From: Alkanindiges sp. WGS2144
GTDB taxonomy: Bacteria > Pseudomonadota > Gammaproteobacteria > Pseudomonadales > Moraxellaceae
Assembly: GCF_043950625.1 (NCBI RefSeq)
Contig: NZ_CP171007.1
Direction: 5' to 3' (one strand)
DNA length: 32,000 nt
The notes below the pieces were generated by a model, which was given only the letters and a program-made list of their open reading frames with translations, had not been told where the DNA came from and did not search any database. The number at the start of each line of letters is the position of its first letter. Within the stretch, counting starts at the first letter, position 1. This document shows positions 24,023 to 32,000 of this stretch, piece by piece. The translations under genes and the position numbers were made by a program.

Positions 24023-24694
24023 ATGAATCAGTCAAAAATCCCTGCTAAAACCCGCTTATTGTCTGTGGCCATTTTTATGAGCCTGATTTTTGCTGTGCTG
24101 GGTTTTACCGTTCAGCTCCCTGCCCTTACGGCTCAGGAAACCAGCTGGCTCTGGGAATTACAGCACTGGCAGCCCAGTGGGTTAATGCAGGTTAGTATCG
24201 CACTTGCTTATGTGGGTGGAACGCCGGGTATGGCGGTAATTATTTTGTTGATTAGCAGTTTTGCCTATAAACAACAGCGCCGGGATATCAGTTTATTTGC
24301 CATGGTTGCCTTTGCTGGATCGGTAATGACAGGCTGGATCGGCAAGGAAATAATAAGCAGACCCAGGCCAGAAGTGTGGGATAAAGTTGCGCCCTACTAT
24401 GGTTACTCGTTTCCGAGTAATCATAGTGTTTATGCAGTCATACTGGCCGGAATACTGATCATGGCCAGCTTGCACACCAGATGGCGTAACCATGCAGTGG
24501 TTTTTGGCATGATATGGAGTGTACTCATGGGAGTGTCGCGCATGTATCTGGGAGCACATTTTGCCACCGATGTACTAGGCGGCTGGGTTTTGGCCATCGC
24601 CTGGCTATGTCTGCTGTCATGGGTCTTTATTCATTTTAATCTTTTTCAATATCGCGCCAGCACTCCTGCTGGCAATCATGAGGTGAAGTTATGA
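24023..24694 (+). CDS. PAP2 superfamily membrane phosphatase (lipid phosphate / undecaprenyl-diphosphate phosphatase-like)
   Basis: The 223-aa ORF has all three PAP2 motifs: KEIISRPRP (KxxxxxxRP), FPSNHS (PSGH-like) and SRMYLGAHFATDV (SRxxxxxHxxxD). Hydrophobic helices run throughout. Confidence 0.88.
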   Translation: MNQSKIPAKTRLLSVAIFMSLIFAVLGFTVQLPALTAQETSWLWELQHWQPSGLMQVSIALAYVGGTPGMAVIILLISSFAYKQQRRDISLFAMVAFAGSVMTGWIGKEIISRPRPEVWDKVAPYYGYSFPSNHSVYAVILAGILIMASLHTRWRNHAVVFGMIWSVLMGVSRMYLGAHFATDVLGGWVLAIAWLCLLSWVFIHFNLFQYRASTPAGNHEVKL

Positions 24695-26046
24695 TGTTAG
24701 CAAAACAGTGGGCGCGTATGGCAGCATATTCAGTGCTGGCAGCCAGCGTTAGTCTGGTTGGATGTGGCAAGAAAGAAGAGTCAGCCGCGGGTGCAGGGGC
24801 AGGAGCCCCACAAATGCCACCACCCGAGGTAACAGTGATAGTCGCCCAGAAGCAGGCAGTAGAACATACTGTTGATCTGGCTGGTCGCACTGCCGCTTAT
24901 CAGATTTCAGAGGTACGCCCCCAGGTTACTGGCATTGTACAAAAACGCCTGTTTGTGGAAGGTAGCTATGTAAAAGCAGGCCAGCCTTTGTACCAGATTG
25001 ATGCCAACACCTATCAGGCCACAGTCAGTAATGCAAAAGCTGCATTAAACCGTCAAATTGCCAATCTGAATGCCTTAAAAGTCAAAGAGCGTCGTTATAA
25101 GCAACTGGTGGGTACCAATGCCATCAGTAAGCAGGAATATGACGATATTGCAGCGCAGGTTGCACTGGCAGAAGCGGATGTTGCCGCCAGCCGTGCCACA
25201 CTGGAAAACGCTAATATTAGCCTCGGCTATGCGACAGTACGTGCGCCAATCTCCGGGCAGACCAGCCGCTCTAATGTAACTGCCGGTGCGCTGGTCACCG
25301 CTGGACAGGCTGATCCGCTAGTCACTATTCAGCAGCTTGATCCCATTTATGTAGATATTAGCCAGTCCAGTGCTGACTTATTACGCCTGCGTCAACAAAT
25401 GAAACAGGGGCAGCTTTCCGGAGCGGATCATAGTGCCCGGGTTAAATTAACTCTGGAAGATGGCAGTACTTATCCGGTAGAGGGCCGTCTGGCATTCTCA
25501 GGGGTGAGTGTTGACCCAGCCAGTGGTGCAGTGACCCTGCGTGCTATTTTCGCCAACCCTTCACAATTGCTGTTACCTGGTATGTATGTGACTGCCAAGG
25601 TGGTTCAGGGGGTTAACCGCGAAGCGATGCTTATCCCACAGGCAGCAGTGACCCGCACTCCACAGGGAGATGCCAATGTGCTGATCATTAACGCGCAGGG
25701 AATTGTTGAGCCGCGTCCAGTGACCACTATAGGCACACAAGGCAACCAGTGGATTGTATCCGGTGGGCTAAATGATGGTGATAAAGTCATCATTGAGGGA
25801 ATTGCCAAAGTGCAGCCTGGGGCTCCGGCAAAACCGGTACTGACTCAATCCGGTGCAAATACCAGTAACCCAGGTCAGGCTCAACCCGCGGCGGCCGCTG
25901 GTAAAACCGGTACTGGCAGCCCGGCCAATAATGCAGAGGGCGCCAGTACACCAGGTACATCCGGCAATGCAAGCGCTACCCAGGCCGCTCCGGGTCAGCA
26001 GTCTTCCGCAGCCCAGTCATCTTCTGCATCATCAGCTCAACGCTAA
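24691..26046 (+). CDS. adeI: RND efflux periplasmic adaptor (membrane fusion) lipoprotein, AcrA/MexA/AdeI-type, with a 67-aa low-complexity C-terminal tail
   Basis: The 451-aa ORF has a signal peptide with an L-V-G-C lipobox. It carries MFP blocks (RTAAYQISEVRPQVTGIV, GQPLYQID, ISLGYATVRAPISGQT, DPIYVDISQS) and a coiled-coil hairpin region. The symbol is given by analogy to the Acinetobacter AdeIJK operon and orthology is not verified. Confidence 0.88.
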   Translation: MMLAKQWARMAAYSVLAASVSLVGCGKKEESAAGAGAGAPQMPPPEVTVIVAQKQAVEHTVDLAGRTAAYQISEVRPQVTGIVQKRLFVEGSYVKAGQPLYQIDANTYQATVSNAKAALNRQIANLNALKVKERRYKQLVGTNAISKQEYDDIAAQVALAEADVAASRATLENANISLGYATVRAPISGQTSRSNVTAGALVTAGQADPLVTIQQLDPIYVDISQSSADLLRLRQQMKQGQLSGADHSARVKLTLEDGSTYPVEGRLAFSGVSVDPASGAVTLRAIFANPSQLLLPGMYVTAKVVQGVNREAMLIPQAAVTRTPQGDANVLIINAQGIVEPRPVTTIGTQGNQWIVSGGLNDGDKVIIEGIAKVQPGAPAKPVLTQSGANTSNPGQAQPAAAAGKTGTGSPANNAEGASTPGTSGNASATQAAPGQQSSAAQSSSASSAQR

Positions 26047-26059
26047 GGAGCGATGACCC

Positions 26060-29000
26060 ATGTCACGTTTTTTTATTGATCGCCCCATTTTTGCGTGGGT
26101 GCTTGCCATTGTGGTGATGCTGGCTGGTATTTTATCAGTCCTGAACATGCCCATTGCGCAGTACCCCACCATTGCACCACCAACCGTAACCATTAACGCG
26201 GTTTATCCCGGTGCCTCGGCCAAAACTGCTGAAGACTCGGTAACCCAGATTATTGAGCAGCAAATGAACGGTCTGGATGGCTTGCAGTATATGTCGTCCC
26301 AAAGTTCCGGGGATGGTCGCTCAACCGTTACCTTGAGTTTTATTCAGGGTACTGATGCAGACATTGCTCAGGTTCAGGTTCAAAACAAGTTACAGGCTGC
26401 CACTGCCCTGCTACCAGAAGAAGTGCAGCGTCAGGGGATCCGGGTAACCAAGTCCGGTGCCAGCTTCCTACAGGTTCTGGCGTTTGTTTCTGAAGATGAC
26501 TCGTTAAGCAAAAGTGATATTACCGACTACGTCAATTCCAGCATTGCCGAGCCATTAAGCCGAGTGCAAGGTGTGGGCGAAGTTCAGGTATTTGGCGGTT
26601 CATACGCCATGCGTATCTGGTTGGATCCGGCCAAGCTGATGAGCTTCCAACTTACTCCAGCCGATGTGAACGCAGCCATTCGGGCACAAAATACGCAGGT
26701 TTCCGTCGGTCAGTTAGGTGGTGCACCGGCTGTTCAGGGTCAGGAAATTAATGCGACCGTAAATGCCCAAAGCCGCCTACAGACCCCAGAGCAGTTTCGC
26801 AATATTTTCTTAAAAACCATGCCTGATGGCGCGCAGGTGCGCTTGCAGGATGTGGCACGGGTTGAGCTGGGCAGTGATAACTATCAGTTTGATTCACGCT
26901 TCAATGGTAAAAATGCCGGTGGTGTGGCTATCCGCCTAGCAACTGGTGCCAACGCGCTGGAAACTGCCGAGGCAATTGAAGAGCGCATGCAGGAGTTACG
27001 CAAGAATTACCCTGCCGGTTTATCCGATGTGGTGGCATTTGATACCACGCCGTTTATTAAGCTCTCCATTGAGGATGTGGTTAAAACCTTAATTGAGGCG
27101 ATTATTCTGGTATTTTTGGTGATGTTCCTGTTCTTGCAGAACTGGCGTGCCACCATTATTCCTACCCTGGCTGTTCCCGTGGTTATTTTAGGAACGTTTG
27201 CAGTGATCAATGCACTCGGCTTTTCCATTAACACCTTAACCATGTTTGGCATGGTGCTGGCGATTGGTCTGCTGGTAGACGACGCCATTGTGGTGGTGGA
27301 AAATGTGGAACGGGTCATTCAGGAAGACAAGCTATCCCCCCTTGAGGCCACGCGTAAATCGATGGGCCAGATCTCTGGCGCCCTGGTAGGTATTACCACC
27401 GTGCTGTCAGCAGTATTTATTCCCATGGCATTTTTTGGGGGTTCAACCGGTGTTATTTATCGCCAGTTTTCGGTCACACTGGTGACTTCCATGGCGCTAT
27501 CCTTACTGGTTGCGCTCATCTTTACCCCGGCTTTATGCGCAACATTGCTACGCAAAACTGATGTTGAGCATCATAACAAAAAGGGCTTTTTTGGCTGGTT
27601 TAACCACAAGTTTGACCAGACCACACATGGTTATCAAGGTATTGTAAGCAAGCTACTCAAACATACTATCCCTGTGGGTATTATATATGTCGTGGTTATT
27701 GCTGTCCTCACCCTGCTACTGGTCAGAATGCCGACAGCCTTTTTGCCCGATGAAGATCAGGGAGTGATATTTACCCTAGTACAGCTACCGCCTAATGCCG
27801 CGCTGGATCGCACCAGCAAGGTTATTGATCAGGTCACTCACTATTACCTGGATCAGGAAAAAGATACGGTTCAGTCTATTTTTAGTGTGGCGGGTTTTAG
27901 TTTTACCGGTATTGGTCAAAACGCAGGTATTGCCTTTATCAAGCTGAAAGACTGGGATCAGCGCAAGGCAGATGAATACAAAGTACCTGCTCTGGTACAG
28001 CGTAGCATGATGGCCTTAAGCCAGATTAAGGATGCAGCCTACGTCATGCCTATTGCTCCGCCAGCAGTGATTGAGCTGGGTACAGCCAACGGCTTTAACC
28101 TACAGCTTAAGGATGCCAGTGGCATGGGTCATGCCAAACTGGTAGAAGCACGTAACATGTTGCTGGGAATGGCCGCTCAGGCACCGGATAAAGTAGTTCG
28201 GGTACGCCCTAACGGCCAGGAAGATACCCCGCAATATCAGGTCAACATTGATCAGGCACAAGCAGGTGCGATGGGTCTGAGTCTTGCCGATATCAACAGC
28301 GTGATGGCTACGGCCTGGGGTAGTACCTACGTTAACGACTTTATTGACCGTGGCCGGGTGAAAAAGGTGTATGTACAGGGTGAAAGTAACGCCCGTATGC
28401 AGCCTGAAGACCTGGATAAATGGTATGTGCGTAATAACCGCGGCGAGATGATTCCGTTCTCCGCCTTTGCCACTGGCGAATGGACGTATGGCTCACCGAG
28501 ACTGGAGCGCTATAATGGGGTATCTTCGGTTAACATTCAGGGTGAAGCTGCGCCCGGTATCAGCTCCGGTGTTGCTATGCAAGCCATGGAAGACATGATT
28601 GCCAAGCTACCGCCAGGTCTGGATTATGAATGGACTGGACTGTCGCTGGAAGAGCAAAATTCTGGCGCACAGGCACCCCTGCTCTATGCCTTATCCTTGC
28701 TGATTGTTTTCTTATGCTTAGCCGCATTGTATGAAAGCTGGTCGGTACCATTTTCGGTTTTACTGGTGGTGCCGCTTGGGGTACTGGGTGCGGTGGTGTT
28801 TACCACACTACGTCATTTAAGCAATGACATTTACTTTCAGGTGGCAATTCTGGCTGTCATTGGTTTATCCGCCAAAAACGCCATTTTGATTGTAGAGTTT
28901 GCCAAGGAACAGCAAGAAGCGGGCCGTGAACTCAAAGATGCTATTTTAGAAGCAGTACGTTTGCGTTTGCGCCCCATTATTATGACCTCGCTTGCATTTG

Positions 29001-29212
29001 GTGTGGGTGTAGTACCGCTGGCAATCAGCAGTGGTGCTGGCTCAGGTAGCCAGAATGCAGTAGGTACCGGCGTACTGGGTGGCGTGATTACTGCTACTTT
29101 CCTTGGTATTTTCTTTGTTCCCATTTTTTACTTCTGGGTGCGTAACGTGTTTAAAATTAAACCGGTTATTCCAGAAGGTCATCGTATTACTGATCAGACT
29201 CAGGAGCCTTAA
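26060..29212 (+). CDS. adeJ: RND multidrug efflux inner-membrane transporter (AcrB/MexB/AdeJ family, hydrophobe/amphiphile efflux-1)
   Basis: The 1050-aa ORF begins [75 protein letters not shown], very close to my recollection of AdeJ/AcrB. It shows the 12-TM pattern with two large periplasmic loops. The proton-relay region is [16 protein letters not shown]. An AAGGAG Shine-Dalgarno sequence lies upstream. Confidence 0.93.
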   Translation: MSRFFIDRPIFAWVLAIVVMLAGILSVLNMPIAQYPTIAPPTVTINAVYPGASAKTAEDSVTQIIEQQMNGLDGLQYMSSQSSGDGRSTVTLSFIQGTDADIAQVQVQNKLQAATALLPEEVQRQGIRVTKSGASFLQVLAFVSEDDSLSKSDITDYVNSSIAEPLSRVQGVGEVQVFGGSYAMRIWLDPAKLMSFQLTPADVNAAIRAQNTQVSVGQLGGAPAVQGQEINATVNAQSRLQTPEQFRNIFLKTMPDGAQVRLQDVARVELGSDNYQFDSRFNGKNAGGVAIRLATGANALETAEAIEERMQELRKNYPAGLSDVVAFDTTPFIKLSIEDVVKTLIEAIILVFLVMFLFLQNWRATIIPTLAVPVVILGTFAVINALGFSINTLTMFGMVLAIGLLVDDAIVVVENVERVIQEDKLSPLEATRKSMGQISGALVGITTVLSAVFIPMAFFGGSTGVIYRQFSVTLVTSMALSLLVALIFTPALCATLLRKTDVEHHNKKGFFGWFNHKFDQTTHGYQGIVSKLLKHTIPVGIIYVVVIAVLTLLLVRMPTAFLPDEDQGVIFTLVQLPPNAALDRTSKVIDQVTHYYLDQEKDTVQSIFSVAGFSFTGIGQNAGIAFIKLKDWDQRKADEYKVPALVQRSMMALSQIKDAAYVMPIAPPAVIELGTANGFNLQLKDASGMGHAKLVEARNMLLGMAAQAPDKVVRVRPNGQEDTPQYQVNIDQAQAGAMGLSLADINSVMATAWGSTYVNDFIDRGRVKKVYVQGESNARMQPEDLDKWYVRNNRGEMIPFSAFATGEWTYGSPRLERYNGVSSVNIQGEAAPGISSGVAMQAMEDMIAKLPPGLDYEWTGLSLEEQNSGAQAPLLYALSLLIVFLCLAALYESWSVPFSVLLVVPLGVLGAVVFTTLRHLSNDIYFQVAILAVIGLSAKNAILIVEFAKEQQEAGRELKDAILEAVRLRLRPIIMTSLAFGVGVVPLAISSGAGSGSQNAVGTGVLGGVITATFLGIFFVPIFYFWVRNVFKIKPVIPEGHRITDQTQEP

Positions 29213-29214
29213 GC

Positions 29215-30723
29215 ATGCCACGTTTAACATGGTCAACTTATGCCCGGGGCTTAACGCTTGGTGCGCTAGCTCTGGCAATTGCAGGTTGTCAAAACCTGCG
29301 CGGGCCTGTGCCTGATGCTTCAGTGGTCATACCACCGGCTTACCAGAATCTGCCTGACAGCTATGCGGGTGCACAAGGCCCCTCTATCGCTAGTCAGGGC
29401 TGGCAGGATTTTTTTGCCGACACCCGTCTGCATCAGCTGATTGAACTAGGTCTGGCCAATAACCGCGACCTGCGTACTACAGCGCTTAATATTGAGCGTG
29501 CCCGGCAACAATACCGGATTAGTGAAAATGGTCTGATTCCAACTGTTGATCTGTCCGGTAGCGCGACTCGTCAGGAAACCCTGCAAAGCCCTAATGCCAC
29601 TACAGTATATAGCGTAGGGCTTGGCGTAACAGCCTATGAGCTGGACTTCTTTGGCCGTATTCGCAACTTGAGGGATGCCGCGCTGGATAGCTTTTTGGCA
29701 ACTCGTAGTGCACGTGATGCCACCCAGATTAGCCTGATCGGTCAAATTGCCCAGGCCTGGCTGGCTATTTCTTATGACACCGCCAAGCTGCGCCTGGCCG
29801 AACAAACTCTAAAAACTCAGGAAGAAGCGTATCGTCTGAATCGGCGACGCTTTGAAGTGGGTATTGACAGCGAGCTCACTGTGCGTCAGGCACAAATCAG
29901 TGTGGAAACTGCCCGGGGTGACGTAGCGGCATTTAAAACCCAGATTGCCCAGGATCGTAATCTGCTTGAGTTACTGGTGGGTCAGCCAGTTCCAGCTGAG
30001 CTGCTCCCTACCACGCAAGTACAGCAAATTACCACTAATACTGCATTAGGCGCTGGTCTACCTAGCGACCTAATGCAAAACCGGCCTGATATTAGCAGTG
30101 CTGAATACCAGTTACGCGCAGCAGGCGGTAACCTTGGCGCGGCACGTGCGTTGCTCTACCCAAGTATCAGCCTGACAGGCACTGCCGGATTGGCCAGCAC
30201 TGATTTATCTGATCTGTTTAAGAGCGGTTCTTTTATCTGGAGTATTGGACCACGGCTGGATCTGCCGATTTTTGATGCAGGCACACGTCGCGCCAATGTC
30301 AATATTGCCGAAGTGGATCAGGAGTTGGCACTCAATAACTACGAGCGAGCTATTCAGGTGGCCTTTAGAGAAGTCAGCGACGTACTGGCTACTCGCGCTA
30401 CTATTAATGATCGTCTCAGCGCACAAACCCGTCTGGTGGATGCCACAGCAACCAACTATCGCTTATCAGAAGCACGTTTTCGCGCTGGTATTGATAACTA
30501 TCTGACCGTGCTGGATGCACAGCGTAGTCAATATGCTGCACAACAAGCCCTACTGTCTTTAGAGCAAGCCAATTTGAGCAGTCAAATTGACCTGTATAAA
30601 GTACTAGGTGGTGGACTACAGAGCACTACTTTAGCTCAGCCTACTATTGTTCCTACCTCTGCTGACACTGTTCCGGTGTCCGCACCTACCACAATCACGA
30701 CAGAGACGATTAGACAACCCTAG
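29215..30723 (+). CDS. adeK: RND efflux outer-membrane factor lipoprotein (OprM/AdeK/NodT family) with a T/P-rich C-terminal tail
   Basis: The 502-aa ORF has a signal peptide with an L-A-I-A-G-C lipobox. It has OMF repeats (NNRDLRTTALNIERARQQY, LYPSISLTGTAG, YLTVLDAQRS, LYKVLGGG). It starts 3 nt after the pump stop. Confidence 0.9.
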   Translation: MPRLTWSTYARGLTLGALALAIAGCQNLRGPVPDASVVIPPAYQNLPDSYAGAQGPSIASQGWQDFFADTRLHQLIELGLANNRDLRTTALNIERARQQYRISENGLIPTVDLSGSATRQETLQSPNATTVYSVGLGVTAYELDFFGRIRNLRDAALDSFLATRSARDATQISLIGQIAQAWLAISYDTAKLRLAEQTLKTQEEAYRLNRRRFEVGIDSELTVRQAQISVETARGDVAAFKTQIAQDRNLLELLVGQPVPAELLPTTQVQQITTNTALGAGLPSDLMQNRPDISSAEYQLRAAGGNLGAARALLYPSISLTGTAGLASTDLSDLFKSGSFIWSIGPRLDLPIFDAGTRRANVNIAEVDQELALNNYERAIQVAFREVSDVLATRATINDRLSAQTRLVDATATNYRLSEARFRAGIDNYLTVLDAQRSQYAAQQALLSLEQANLSSQIDLYKVLGGGLQSTTLAQPTIVPTSADTVPVSAPTTITTETIRQP

Positions 30724-30747
30724 ATTATTTATCACCATCCATAAAAT

Positions 30748-30782
30748 AAAGCCTCCTTGTTATACAAAGAGGCTTTATTTTT
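30748..30782. terminator. Bidirectional rho-independent terminator shared by the efflux operon (+) and ectD (-)
   Basis: The hairpin is AAAGCCTCcTTGT-tat-ACAAaGAGGCTTT (8 + 4 bp with one mismatch). ATTTTTT follows on the plus strand and TTTATTTTAT follows on the minus strand. Confidence 0.75.
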
Positions 30783-30818
30783 GTCTAAAAGAAATTTTAC
30801 AAATATGCTCTACTGAAA

Positions 30819-31727
30819 TCAGCGGCACAGCAAACGCGCAGGTTGCAAGGCTGTAACTCCCTCACGGGTAGCCACAAATTCCGGACGCGGCTCCAGACCT
30901 GCCAGGGGCGTACCCAGTTGGTTGTCGATACTGTTATAGACAAAAAATACATTGCTGCGCGAGTACGGCGTAATATTACTATTGGAACCGTGCATCAGGT
31001 TGCAGTCGAAAAATACCACGCTACCTGCCTTGCCAGTACAGGAATGAATTCCACCGATGTCAGCCAGATAGCGCAGCAGCATGCCATCTGGCACCCCATA
31101 TTCCTGTTTTTTAAGTGACTTCTGATAGTGGTTATCCGGCGTTTCACCCTGACAGGAAATATAATGCTGATGTGAGCCGGGAATCACCATTAATGGCCCA
31201 TTGTGTTCATCATTGTCGGTCAAAAGTACCGAACAGCTCAGTGCACGCATGGCTGGCATACCATCTTCACTATGCCAGGTTTCAAAATCAGAATGCCAGA
31301 AAAACTCCTTGCCCTGCAAACCAGGCTTGTAGTTAATGCGCGACTGATGAATATACACCTCACTACCCAGCAGCTCACGTGCTACATTAAGCACCCGTTC
31401 ATCACGCATCAGATTGGCAAATACCTGATTCAGGCGATGCACATTAAAAATGGAACGGACTTCCTGGCTTTCGCGTTCGGTAAAGGCTTCTGGCCGTTGC
31501 TGCTGGGCAAACTCCTGCCGCATGGCCTGCATTTCCTGCAATAAAAAAGCCACTTCATCCTGATTAAACAGCTGATCCATTTGTAAAAAACCATGCTGCT
31601 GATAAGCCTGTTTTTGATCACTACTCAGGCACTGTACCGGTGACGGGTCATACACCACCGGGTCTACACGCGCAACAATGGCAGCGCTGCTATTGGTACG
31701 GGTGAGGTACGGATTATTTAATTGCAT
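30819..31727 (-). CDS. ectD: Ectoine hydroxylase (non-heme Fe(II)/2-oxoglutarate dioxygenase)
   Basis: The 302-aa ORF contains the EctD signature F-x-W-H-S-D-F-E-T-W-H-x-E-D-G-M-P (FFWHSDFETWHSEDGMP). A distal His lies in LMHGSNSN. A perfect AAGGAGG Shine-Dalgarno sequence lies upstream. Confidence 0.92.
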   Translation of the reverse strand: MQLNNPYLTRTNSSAAIVARVDPVVYDPSPVQCLSSDQKQAYQQHGFLQMDQLFNQDEVAFLLQEMQAMRQEFAQQQRPEAFTERESQEVRSIFNVHRLNQVFANLMRDERVLNVARELLGSEVYIHQSRINYKPGLQGKEFFWHSDFETWHSEDGMPAMRALSCSVLLTDNDEHNGPLMVIPGSHQHYISCQGETPDNHYQKSLKKQEYGVPDGMLLRYLADIGGIHSCTGKAGSVVFFDCNLMHGSNSNITPYSRSNVFFVYNSIDNQLGTPLAGLEPRPEFVATREGVTALQPARLLCR

Positions 31728-31741
31728 AACTTGTGACCTCC

Positions 31742-32000
31742 TTAAGAATCTGCCGTTGCTTTTTGCGCCGCCCGCATTTGTTCCGGCGTGGCATACACGC
31801 CATTTTCATCATGCACTTCATTCCCGACCAGCGCTGGTGTAAAGGTGCAAATCAGCTTAAGGTCAGCAGTGGTAGCGCGTAAATAATGATTATCATGCTT
31901 GTTTAAGGCGTATAGCGTTCCGGGTACAATTTTAAAAATCTCGCCGGTATCTATTAACTCAACCTCGCCCTCTCCTGCTACACAATAGACGGCTTCCAAA
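31742..32000 (-). CDS. ectC: L-ectoine synthase, C-terminal ~86 aa (N-terminus beyond window end)
   Basis: The cupin-fold EctC sequence reads EAVYCVAGEGEVELIDTGEIFKIVPGTLYALNKHDNHYLRA...LICTFTPALVGNEVHDENGVY. It lies directly upstream of ectD, as in ectABCD clusters. The M in the track ORF is an artefact of a TTG codon at the window edge. Confidence 0.88.
   Translation of the reverse strand, partial: LEAVYCVAGEGEVELIDTGEIFKIVPGTLYALNKHDNHYLRATTADLKLICTFTPALVGNEVHDENGVYATPEQMRAAQKATADS

Overview
This is a chromosomal, mostly housekeeping window. The rRNA and protein sequences look Acinetobacter-related (Moraxellaceae-like gammaproteobacterium), judged from memory, not from a search.

Gene order:
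- A partial minus-strand gene for a lipoprotein built of tandem Ig-like (Big_1-type) modules (1-2326). It is absent from the ORF track because it has no stop codon in the window.
- metY.
- A complete minus-strand rRNA operon: 16S, tRNA-Ile(GAT), tRNA-Ala(TGC), 23S, 5S. It has two candidate tandem sigma70 promoters and three tandem terminators.
- aceA (isocitrate lyase), divergent from a LysR regulator.
- An AI-2E family permease, divergent from a YtfL-like DUF21/CBS membrane protein.
- cysG, serS, lolA, rpmA and rplU, all on the minus strand.
- A co-directional plus-strand block: ispB, a 685-aa soluble-plus-polytopic membrane protein of unclear function, a PAP2 phosphatase, and a three-gene AdeIJK/MexAB-OprM-type RND efflux operon.
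- Convergent ectD and a partial ectC.

I see no CRISPR array, transposase or integrase, prophage, toxin-antitoxin pair or recognisable defence island. I cannot honestly point to a clear-cut new system.

The leads most worth a second look:
- The lipobox-anchored Ig-repeat protein.
- The 685-aa membrane protein. I suspect it belongs to the family labelled site-specific recombinase, a label its transmembrane architecture makes doubtful.
- The 4-bp ATGA overlap that couples the PAP2 phosphatase gene to the efflux operon, downstream of a perfect 10-6-10 palindrome.
- Low-complexity C-terminal tails on the efflux adaptor and the outer-membrane factor.
- Two degenerate copies of the 5S 3' end plus terminator module downstream of the real 5S gene.

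All calls come from reading and translating the sequence by eye. No database search was possible.
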